From IMG/VR virus record IMGVR_UViG_3300030101_000387, positions 1 to 54,801 of that record: a stretch of DNA of 54,801 bases. One strand, 5' to 3'. The DNA comes from a virus. Taxonomy: Duplodnaviria > Caudoviricetes. Under the pieces are notes generated by a model. It saw nothing but the letters and a program-made list of their open reading frames with translations, was not told the DNA's origin and searched no databases. This document shows, piece after piece, positions 38,048 through 45,444 of the stretch. Made by a program: the position numbers and the translations under genes. Position 1 is the stretch's first letter. Each line of letters opens with the position of its first letter.

Positions 38048-39063
38048 TGTGTTTCCTCCTTTAATCCTTCAAAGATATGCTTGATAACATCTACTGTCCA
38101 TCCGTTGCCTAGCATCTTGTAGCGTTGTGTGTTCGATACGCCACAGGTATACCCATCAGGTACAGTTTGTAGTCTCTCACATTCTGTTACAGTTAGCTTA
38201 CGCCAATGCATATTATCTATGCTGTCCCATTCATGTCTGTCGTAAGACAAACGCCCTCCTGTCCTGACACATTTAGACTTATCTCGTATCTCTACTTTGG
38301 GTTGAGTATGCCCTCCTGTAGATGCTGTAAGTGTAGGAGATTTACCTTCGGCTGCGTAAACCCTGTTGATTGCTACATACTTATCACTTAGCTTTGCATC
38401 ACCTATATGTATTAACCCATCTTTACTTTTTGGCTCAGGTACATATCCAATAGCGTAGCCATGCGTACCTGCACACACTGTGCCTGACTTACCCTGCTTA
38501 TTTTGCAAGTATTCGCCTGCACGATAGAACTCTGCTGTCTCTTCTTCTAGTATATCTTTGAGCATAATACCTTTGTCTTCTGGCAATCCATCAAAGGGAA
38601 TGTTTGTCCAGTAAAGTCTTTTGCGGTTTTGTGCAGACACTAGCCTACTGTTTATCTCAACAGGTTCTACACCTAGATAGTCAGTAATGACTTGCTCACT
38701 CTCCTTCTTCATCTTGACATTCTCAAGTAGGAAATACTTTGGCTTGAGTTCTTTTAACAGCCTGTCAAACTCAAAGAATAATTTACTGCGTGGATCATCA
38801 AAGTTTAAACCCTTACCGCCAAACGAAAATCCCTGACACGGACTACCGCCAATCAGCAAATCAATCTTGGGTAGAAGTTTGGATGTCACCCATTTAACAT
38901 CACCAACGTGCACCATGTCAGGGTAATTTTTCCTGGCAATCTGGATTGCATACTTGTCAATCTCCGCTGCATAATATTTGTTAACTGGTATGCCTAGCTG
39001 ATCTAATGCGATCTGCCCACAAGACATACCATCAAATAGACTTAGTACGTTTATTTTCTTCAT
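38044..39063 (-). CDS. DNA (cytosine-5) methyltransferase
   Basis: VLSLFDG (motif I), GGSPCQGFS (IV), LLENV (VI), Q.R.R (VIII), ECERLQ..P and RYKMLGNGW (IX/X). Confidence 0.93.
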   Translation of the reverse strand: MKKINVLSLFDGMSCGQIALDQLGIPVNKYYAAEIDKYAIQIARKNYPDMVHVGDVKWVTSKLLPKIDLLIGGSPCQGFSFGGKGLNFDDPRSKLFFEFDRLLKELKPKYFLLENVKMKKESEQVITDYLGVEPVEINSRLVSAQNRKRLYWTNIPFDGLPEDKGIMLKDILEEETAEFYRAGEYLQNKQGKSGTVCAGTHGYAIGYVPEPKSKDGLIHIGDAKLSDKYVAINRVYAAEGKSPTLTASTGGHTQPKVEIRDKSKCVRTGGRLSYDRHEWDSIDNMHWRKLTVTECERLQTVPDGYTCGVSNTQRYKMLGNGWTVDVIKHIFEGLKEETQ

Positions 39064-39177
39064 TTAATTTATTCCTCCAATAAGTAGACATTTCTAGTCG
39101 TATGTATTCTAGCTCAGGATAGTCAACAAATCGTAGCTGTGTTACGCTCAGGTTCACCTTTGTATTTTACAATTACC

Positions 39178-39384
39178 TCAACGAACATCTGCTCTATCCG
39201 TATATGTACAGTACCCCTCGTCAATTAGTCGTTTAGCTGTACGTCCAAACCACCCTTGCAATTGCCACGCTACACCTGTGTCGATCAGGTATTGCCATGC
39301 TGCTGTCTCCTCTTCGATGTCAGACATTACTGACTGTTCACAAATCTCAACAGCGTTTGCTACTGTAAAATTATACTCTTTCAT
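39178..39384 (-). CDS. hypothetical protein
   Basis: AWQYLIDTG.AW.LQGWFGRTA..LI..G.C motif common in phage early regions. Confidence 0.75.
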   Translation of the reverse strand: MKEYNFTVANAVEICEQSVMSDIEEETAAWQYLIDTGVAWQLQGWFGRTAKRLIDEGYCTYTDRADVR

Positions 39385-39388
39385 TTGT

Positions 39389-39739
39389 CTAATCCATTCT
39401 CGTTATAAAATGCTTACCATTTGGTAGTGGTAGAGCCACGATAGCGTAGTCGTAGAAGTATGCATAGCCATGCTTAGTAATCATTCTACCCATGTATGGT
39501 AAATCTGCATCTTCTTCGTGTTCAGATACGTAGTCACCTTCCTCGTTTATCGTGCCTTTAAACTCATACAATCTGCCACAGCCATATCTATCAGTCATGA
39601 ACTTAACTATGTCTGCATCATTATCGTTACCTACATATTCAGCAACCCACATTGGCAGTACCCCTAAAGTTTCTGCAATTTGACTATCGCTGTATTCAGG
39701 GTGTGCTTTGTTGTTAGTGGCTAGCGTTAGTTGTATCAT
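39389..39739 (-). CDS. hypothetical protein
   Basis: 116 aa, G.LP.W...YG.G...Y.YAIVA...RMD. Confidence 0.7.
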   Translation of the reverse strand: MIQLTLATNNKAHPEYSDSQIAETLGVLPMWVAEYVGNDNDADIVKFMTDRYGCGRLYEFKGTINEEGDYVSEHEEDADLPYMGRMITKHGYAYFYDYAIVALPLPNGKHFITRMD

Positions 39740-39923
39740 TTGTTAACCCCTCTTTGATTAAGCTGCGTAGTGCGTGATGCAAAGGTAGATCACCTATGAT
39801 CACATACTTTTTCTTGCTTTCCGAATACCTTTTACTTTGTGCAATCTTTAAGATGTCACTAGGTATCCTACGAGTAGAGAGAACATTTTCCATCTCTATT
39901 ATTTGATTAAGTGTTACTGTCAA
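39714..39923 (-). CDS. hypothetical protein
   Basis: 69 aa, TTG start with AGGAG SD. Confidence 0.55.
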   Translation of the reverse strand: MTVTLNQIIEMENVLSTRRIPSDILKIAQSKRYSESKKKYVIIGDLPLHHALRSLIKEGLTNDTTNASH

Positions 39924-39924
39924 T

Positions 39925-40152
39925 TTACTTCTCCTCTTTTACATCTTCTATGAAAGCAAAGCCTCCACCATTACCCTCCTCATCTTGCGATAGGACAAGA
40001 CTGAAAGTATCGCTTGCTAGTTTCATCTTGAACGTAGGCCAATACTGGTGTGGATCGAACTCGCATTGCTGCATTTTGAAATCCAATATTTTTGCTCCTA
40101 CTAATTGTTTGAACTGCTTATTGTATGCTGGTATTGCGTCTTCAGTAATCAT
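39925..40152 (-). CDS. hypothetical protein
   Basis: Ends LSQDEEGNGGGFAFIE; ATGA coupling. Confidence 0.7.
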   Translation of the reverse strand: MITEDAIPAYNKQFKQLVGAKILDFKMQQCEFDPHQYWPTFKMKLASDTFSLVLSQDEEGNGGGFAFIEDVKEEK

Positions 40153-40565
40153 GATACTATCTCCTCTGTTTTCATGAACCATTGTCTAGCTTGCTGGTTA
40201 GTTAGCTTGTACTCGTTGCCTGATAGAAGATCTTGTGCGATCCACGGCATTTTTCTTGCTTTTGTTTTGTAACCTACTAAACTCATTCTGTATTGGACTG
40301 ACTTATGGTCAACATAGTTTTTAATCTTAGTCGTATCTAAGTTAAACATTGAGGCCATCTGTGTCAGGTCTTTCTGTTCTTTTGTCTCTGCTCCATCAAG
40401 TAATACTCTTACTTTGTAGGTGGCTTCACCGCCATTGTAGTTGCAACTATCAATACTGATCTTATCAATCGGTATATCAATTGTCTCCTCAAATGGATGC
40501 GCTAATAGTAAACTCTGCATTTCAGCACGTAGATTTTTTAGTTGTGTTTTTGTAAAGTTAGTCAC
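40149..40565 (-). CDS. hypothetical protein
   Basis: 138 aa, LVGYK.KARK.PW; GTGA coupling. Confidence 0.7.
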   Translation of the reverse strand: MTNFTKTQLKNLRAEMQSLLLAHPFEETIDIPIDKISIDSCNYNGGEATYKVRVLLDGAETKEQKDLTQMASMFNLDTTKIKNYVDHKSVQYRMSLVGYKTKARKMPWIAQDLLSGNEYKLTNQQARQWFMKTEEIVS

Positions 40566-40741
40566 GTTGTAGTCTCCTCTGTATAATTATTAATTAGTTC
40601 TTCTAATTCATCTTTAGATACACTTTTTCCTAGATAATATTCTGCCCTGTCCTCAATAACAAAGTCCATTAACTCTTCTAAAGTCCACGCAGCAATCATA
40701 GCTTCAACTGCTTCTATTATTTTATCATCTTTGTATGCCAT
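40562..40741 (-). CDS. acidic hypothetical protein (59 aa)
   Basis: MAYKDDKIIEAVEAMIAAWTLEELMDF..., AGGAGG SD. Confidence 0.65.
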   Translation of the reverse strand: MAYKDDKIIEAVEAMIAAWTLEELMDFVIEDRAEYYLGKSVSKDELEELINNYTEETTT

Positions 40742-40752
40742 TGTGTTTCCTC

Positions 40753-41469
40753 CTATGCGTCCACAACGAATCCTGTTGTGTCTTTCTTGGCTTTACCCTT
40801 TGCGTACAATGCAACAATAGAATTGCTAGGGTCAAGAAAGCGTAAGTCATCTTTGTCACCGTCTGTCACATTTATCCCACGCCACTGTGATAGCTTGTAC
40901 TCCTTACGAAACACCACTGCTGCATTCATACCGTTGTTGAGTGCGTCTTGTAGCTTGTCAGCATACTTATCATTTGCACCTGAGTAAGACCACGTTAAGT
41001 GATAGTTGAATATGTCCTTAGTCTTCCTGTTAGAAATCTTGGTGTAGTCGTAGAATTGCACAGATGGGAATAGCTCAAAGATATTTTGACCATCTACCTT
41101 GATTGTCTCCCAACGTATGTCAGTTGTACCGTTCAGTCTTACGCATGGCTGAATGCCACGCTTCTCACAATAGTTTGTAAATTTGTGTATATCTATAACA
41201 AGCTGATCCATGAAACCCTTACGATCTTTGTAAAACCATTCAGTCTTACGCATTCGTGCAGCTTGCACATTATTGAACGCACCACGCCCTGCTGTGTACA
41301 AACAAGCGTCAATACAGTTTGCTTGTTCAGCCATAGGGCAAGAGTTGAAAGCCTTACCATCCACCATAACTTTCCACGGTGTCATATATAGGATAGCTGT
41401 TAGGTATTCGCTACCATCACCTTTGATAGTTTTGGCATTAGTGCCAACTCCTAATAGTTTGTATGTCAT
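40753..41469 (-). CDS. Gp88-like protein with Cys triad
   Basis: NAKT.K, CPMAEQANCIDACL, RLNGTTDI.W, FYDYTK, GD..DLRFLD, L.AKG.A..D..GFV. Confidence 0.75.
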   Translation of the reverse strand: MTYKLLGVGTNAKTIKGDGSEYLTAILYMTPWKVMVDGKAFNSCPMAEQANCIDACLYTAGRGAFNNVQAARMRKTEWFYKDRKGFMDQLVIDIHKFTNYCEKRGIQPCVRLNGTTDIRWETIKVDGQNIFELFPSVQFYDYTKISNRKTKDIFNYHLTWSYSGANDKYADKLQDALNNGMNAAVVFRKEYKLSQWRGINVTDGDKDDLRFLDPSNSIVALYAKGKAKKDTTGFVVDA

Positions 41470-41487
41470 TGTCTGTCCTCCGTTTGT

Positions 41488-41546
41488 GTTACTTCATGAG
41501 GGTGCACCTACTTGGGAGGTTTTTAGATACACCCACAAAAAGTAAC
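41488..41546 (-). promoter_or_regulatory. long imperfect hairpin before the first early RBS (RNase III-like processing site)
   Basis: GUUACUU..UG.GGGUGUAUCUA-loop-UAGGUGCACCC.CA..AAGUAAC, about 20 bp, ends just upstream of GGAGG. Confidence 0.55.
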
Positions 41547-42005
41547 TTGATTAGTATAGCTACACCCCGAACCCATGCGTCAATAGCGCAAGGATAGGTT
41601 GGCCCATCTTAGCTCAGGGTGTAACCGAATAGTCACAATCTGTTAGCTCTGGTGGCGTTACAGCTCACCAATACGTGCGCTAGTCTTCCTTGGTCTAGCG
41701 TAGTATCCACCCTTTAAGAGCACCCTATAGACAAGCAGCTTCCAGGCCTGTCCTTGCAGGTTAGCCCATGCAATTAAGCAAAATCGGCAACATACGTTCA
41801 TCACGAGTATACTATCAGGCATACTAGCTGTAATAAGTTATTCTATAATCGTTAGTCTGTTTGTTTTTCTTTCTAGTTAGTTTGTAGTCGTTTAGTCTGT
41901 TAGTCATTTGATAGGGCGTTTCACCGTATCCGTCTAAGGACTCTGTTAGTATGAGGATCAAGAGTTTTTAAACTTACTCTCAAGCTAACTTGTCGCTTTC
42001 GATGT
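41488..42005 (-). ncRNA. candidate large structured non-coding RNA / early leader
   Basis: No ORF; many helices with G-U pairs favouring the minus strand; sigma70-like promoter just upstream. Confidence 0.6.
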
Positions 42006-42009
42006 ATCT

Positions 42010-42039
42010 ACAATAACCCGAACATTTATTGAATTGCAA
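42010..42039 (-). promoter_or_regulatory. early promoter TTGCAA-N18-TATTGT
   Basis: Read on the minus strand with an A-tract upstream; points into the structured leader. Confidence 0.5.
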
Positions 42040-42408
42040 TAGGTTTTTTGCAGATTGTGTGCAGATTGTTGTTAAGCTATTGATATTGAACAAAAAGAAT
42101 ATGTGCATCGTATGGGGTATATTCGACACAATCTTGCTAGGGGTATGGTTTTTTTCATCTATATTGCACCTGCTGAAACTGTATCAGTAGCGCATAATAG
42201 TAAAAACAATAGCTTAACAGGTGTTTTACTATGCAGAACTAACTTAGAATGATTCTAAAAGTGTAAACCACATCGAAAAACCCATAAAAACAAGGCATCC
42301 AACATTTTATTTATCGGGTAGGGCAGGGGCCACGGTGGGGGTCTACGTTATACGTATATGTACAAATACACACACGAGGTTTTTCACAGGGTTACGCAAC
42401 GTAATGTA

Positions 42409-42440
42409 TTGACAGGTGCTTGACATTCTTTATAACTATG
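42409..42440 (+). promoter_or_regulatory. promoter TTGACA-N16-TATAACT
   Basis: TTGACA ggtgcttgacattctt TATAACTATG. Confidence 0.6.
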
Positions 42441-42754
42441 GGGGTAAGGGGGCATGTTTAACATTTATGTTATTACATACAAAAGTTAAATAAAAAAAAA
42501 ATAGTAAAAACATTAATGTTTAACATAGGAGAGAGTTAATCCCTATACTAGTAACGATAAGAAAAGCTGTTGACAGTATTTTATTGTAAATGTTAAACTT
42601 ATTTCAGTTGCATGTAACGATAACAATAAAACTTTGTAACTATGTGTGTAGATTATCTGTGTAAGTTATAACCGCAGTAGTAGTCTCCTCCTCTCTCTCT
42701 ATGTAGTTTGTACTTAGACGTGGTAGTCTACACACGTTTTTGTATAAATTTTTC

Positions 42755-42783
42755 TTGACAATGAAAAACAAAACGGTAAAACT
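42755..42783 (+). promoter_or_regulatory. promoter TTGACA-N16-TAAAACT
   Basis: TTGACA atgaaaaacaaaacgg TAAAACT. Confidence 0.5.
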
Positions 42784-43018
42784 GTATGCATCCGAAGATG
42801 TATTGAGTGATTTCTATAACGCATTGGCTAATAATGATGCTAGTGCGATACGTAAAGTTCACATTCCAAAGTCGGATGTATTTTACGTAAGAGAAGCTCT
42901 GTACAATCGCACTGGTGAGTGGTATACACTGGACCATGTAGAACGTGCCATGTATCTTGAAGGTATGCTTACTAGATATGAGGTGCTAGATCCAGATAGG
43001 GAACGTGAGTATGGATAA
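42761..43018 (+). CDS. hypothetical protein
   Basis: HIP.SDVFYVREA...TG..Y.LDHVERAMYLEG; start uncertain. Confidence 0.65.
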   Translation: MKNKTVKLYASEDVLSDFYNALANNDASAIRKVHIPKSDVFYVREALYNRTGEWYTLDHVERAMYLEGMLTRYEVLDPDREREYG

Positions 43019-43367
43019 TATGAAACTACCTATAGCACTCGTAGTAGCGATGGGTGCACAATTAGCAGGTGGTGTGTGGTGGGTATCACAACAAGCTGCT
43101 ACTATATCAAGCCTCGAAGAAACCGTATCACAGTTTGCTAGCAAGATGGCTGTAGAAGATAACGTTAATCTTAAACGTGACGTGCTAGACAACATGGATT
43201 ACATCGATGGTGCATTCGCTGAGATAGAAGAACTCTGGGAAGAAACAGAAAGCCTAACTAAAACGATAGGGGCTATTACTGCTTTACAACAACGCATGGC
43301 TTTAATGGAAAACAGTTTGAAGTTTATGAACCGTGACCACATGGAAATGCTAGACCCAAGGAAATAG
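43011..43367 (+). CDS. membrane-anchored coiled-coil protein
   Basis: N-terminal TM (LPIALVVAM..QLAGGVWW) followed by a heptad-rich region. Confidence 0.65.
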   Translation: MDNMKLPIALVVAMGAQLAGGVWWVSQQAATISSLEETVSQFASKMAVEDNVNLKRDVLDNMDYIDGAFAEIEELWEETESLTKTIGAITALQQRMALMENSLKFMNRDHMEMLDPRK

Positions 43368-43368
43368 T

Positions 43369-43653
43369 ATGGCAACGACTAAAGATGTAGAGCGACTCCC
43401 CAGTGGTAAGTTAAAGTACCGAGGTGAAATATACCCAGGGTACAACAAACCTAAAAGTTTGAAGGGTGAAGCAAAGTCTTCAGCCGTGTTAGCTAAGAAG
43501 GGTAGCGAAGTAAAGGTTGTACGCTTCGGTGATCCTAAGATGCCTATCCGTAAAGATAACCCTGCTGCACGTAAGAGCTTCAGGGCTAGACACAATTGTG
43601 ATACAGCAACTGACAAGTTCACTGCAAGATATTGGAGTTGTAGAGCATGGTAA
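43369..43653 (+). CDS. small basic protein (DUF6321-like)
   Basis: VRFGDP.M......P.ARKSFRARH.C...YWSC..W. Confidence 0.75.
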   Translation: MATTKDVERLPSGKLKYRGEIYPGYNKPKSLKGEAKSSAVLAKKGSEVKVVRFGDPKMPIRKDNPAARKSFRARHNCDTATDKFTARYWSCRAW

Positions 43654-43832
43654 AGAAAGCAAAGAGCAAAGTTAATGCTGCTGGTAACTACACCAAACCG
43701 ACTATGCGTAAGAACTTATTTAACAGCATCAAAGCAGGTGGTAAGGGTGGAAGCCCTGGGCAATGGTCAGCACGTAAAGCGCAGATGCTTGCCAAGCAGT
43801 ATAAAGCCAAAGGGGGAGGATACAAAACATGA
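43647..43832 (+). CDS. small basic protein (DUF5872-like, N-terminal part)
   Basis: NYTKP.MRK...IKAG.KGG.PGQWSARKAQMLA..YK..GGGY. Confidence 0.75.
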   Translation: MVKKAKSKVNAAGNYTKPTMRKNLFNSIKAGGKGGSPGQWSARKAQMLAKQYKAKGGGYKT

Positions 43833-43903
43833 GAAGGTACATAAAAAGATTGTGGTGTGCAATTATCAATCGTAAATGCCATCCAGAGTGTGATTGCTGT
43901 TAG
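43829..43903 (+). CDS. 24-aa Cys-rich peptide
   Basis: MRRYIKRLWCAIINRKCHPECDCC; ATGA overlap, GGAGG SD, stop abuts the next ATG. Confidence 0.55.
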   Translation: MRRYIKRLWCAIINRKCHPECDCC

Positions 43904-44035
43904 ATGGCATTAAGTAAATCAAATAAAACAAAAGTAAAAAAAGTTGCTAAGGGTTTGAACAAAGCCTCTAAGCTTCATGCTGCTCAGGCAAAGACCTTAA
44001 AAGGCATTCTTAAAAAAAGTAAGAATAAAAAATGA
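43904..44035 (+). CDS. 43-aa Lys-rich peptide
   Basis: MALSKSNKTKVKKVAKGLNKASKLHAAQAKTLKGILKK...; ATGA-coupled to the next gene. Confidence 0.65.
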   Translation: MALSKSNKTKVKKVAKGLNKASKLHAAQAKTLKGILKKSKNKK

Positions 44036-44367
44036 GAGCGCCTCAAAAGTCATTAAAGAAGTGGGGTGACCAGAAGTGGAGGACCAAAAGTGGTAAACCC
44101 TCTACGCAAGGCCCTAATGCTACTGGTGAACGTTACCTCCCTTCTAAGGCTATTAAGTCTCTTAGCAGCAGTGAGTATGCCGCTACAACCAGAGCTAAAC
44201 GAAAAGGCAAGGCGTCAGGTAAGCAGCATGTATCTCAACCTAAAGAAGTCGCAAAGAAAACTAGGAGATTTAGAGCCAACAAAGGTGGTGTTGCTAAAAG
44301 CCCTAGACAACAAGCTGCAATAGCTGTTAGTATGAAGAAGAGAGGTAAAAGGCCGAAAGGAAAATAA
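44032..44367 (+). CDS. small basic protein (DUF5872-like, C-terminal part)
   Basis: QKSLKKW..QKWRTKSGK.S...GERYLP..AI..L...EYAAT.RAKR...GKQ.V.QP. Confidence 0.75.
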   Translation: MRAPQKSLKKWGDQKWRTKSGKPSTQGPNATGERYLPSKAIKSLSSSEYAATTRAKRKGKASGKQHVSQPKEVAKKTRRFRANKGGVAKSPRQQAAIAVSMKKRGKRPKGK

Positions 44368-45047
44368 TGCCGTTTCTTACTAGCAGTATACCGTACTTCA
44401 AAGCATGGGTACGTAGAGAATACACGAAGAACTTAGAAGAATACCACGGAGAGTTTTTACATTGTATGGTCATAGGTGTGACCACTATGCCAAATAGAAC
44501 ATTAAGCTTTCAAGTTATGTTCACTGGATTCGAGTCAGACATAGATGATTCAGAGAATATACATGGCGGTGCAATGTGGGCAAGGATGCCTCTTACAGCA
44601 CTTGTAGCTGACACACCTTACGAAGAATGGCCTGAAGAATTACCTCCTTATCTAGCCCAGCCTTGGGATTGTATGTCTCATACGCATTCGGTATATAAAT
44701 TAGAGAGAGCAAGTCCTGCTCCTTGGATAGCTAAAGTTGATGGTGAGTTCTACCCAGCTAAATATTATTTTACGGTAGACTACACTAGTAACGAAGTAGC
44801 AGATGATCCTGCCCAGCATAAACAGTCTCACGTATTAGAGTTGTTAGATGCAGGAGAATACACAGGTAACATGGTTGCGTTACCCAATAATAGAGTGAGA
44901 GTAACTCACCCAGCTTGGTTTGAGACAGGACAAGGTGCTCCAGATTTTAGACCAAACCAACACATCTATAACTCAAAAGAAAACGTAGACTATGTATGGG
45001 ATACGCAACGAGTGTTTAACAATTTATATAGCGAGGAAGAACAATGA
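44367..45047 (+). CDS. conserved hypothetical protein
   Basis: 226 aa, HGGAMWARMP..AL, QPWDC.S, Y.FTVD, QHKQSHV, PNNRVR motifs. Confidence 0.75.
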   Translation: MPFLTSSIPYFKAWVRREYTKNLEEYHGEFLHCMVIGVTTMPNRTLSFQVMFTGFESDIDDSENIHGGAMWARMPLTALVADTPYEEWPEELPPYLAQPWDCMSHTHSVYKLERASPAPWIAKVDGEFYPAKYYFTVDYTSNEVADDPAQHKQSHVLELLDAGEYTGNMVALPNNRVRVTHPAWFETGQGAPDFRPNQHIYNSKENVDYVWDTQRVFNNLYSEEEQ

Positions 45048-45442
45048 AAAAGAAAAAGGGAATGGCCGTAGGTGGCATGAAGAAAAAGAAGAAAGGCATG
45101 GCCGTAGGCGGTGCTAAAATGAAGAAGAAGGGTATGGCTGTCGGTGGTATGAAGAAAAAAGGCATGGCCGTAGGCGGTATGAAGAAAAAAGGTATGGCTG
45201 TTGGGGGCATGAAAAAGAAGGGTATGTCCGTAGGCGGTTTGAAGAAAGCACCAAACAAAGGCGCAGCATCCTTACCTAAAAAGGTTCGTAACCAAATGGG
45301 CTTCATGTACGGTGGCGGTATGACATCGAAGAAAAAAGGCATGGCAGTAGGTGGGTTGGAAACTAGATCCAAAGGCAAAGCTAAAGGTGGAGCCAGAGGT
45401 GGTAGAGGCTTTCCTCATTTAATAAAAAGTAAACGTGGTTAG
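45044..45442 (+). CDS. Lys-rich tandem-repeat protein (KKKGMAVGG)n
   Basis: Six GMAVGG plus one GMSVGG with synonymous variation between copies; GAGG SD. Confidence 0.8.
   Translation: MKKKKGMAVGGMKKKKKGMAVGGAKMKKKGMAVGGMKKKGMAVGGMKKKGMAVGGMKKKGMSVGGLKKAPNKGAASLPKKVRNQMGFMYGGGMTSKKKGMAVGGLETRSKGKAKGGARGGRGFPHLIKSKRG
45050..45245 (+). repeat. ~30-bp coding tandem repeat
   Basis: aaaggcatggccgtaggcggtatgaagaaa-type units, six copies. Confidence 0.9.
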
Positions 45443-45444
45443 TA

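Noticed and set aside
39108-39160. TAGCTCAG suggesting a tRNA gene or attP
   Set aside because: No cloverleaf, T-loop or acceptor stem can be built; more likely a promoter region for the methyltransferase
41885-41905. Group I intron R-like element (ACAGACUAAACG)
   Set aside because: No downstream UAGUC partner for P7 and no interrupted gene
41905-41960. Hammerhead-like CUAACAGAG-stem-GAAAC on the minus strand
   Set aside because: Lacks the CUGANGA core, and stems I and III cannot be formed convincingly
42458-42540. CtrA boxes (TTAA-N7-TTAA)
   Set aside because: TTAA half-sites are present but not at the 7-nt spacing
45050-45245. CRISPR-like or non-coding repeat array
   Set aside because: Repeats are contiguous, in frame and vary synonymously, with no unique spacers
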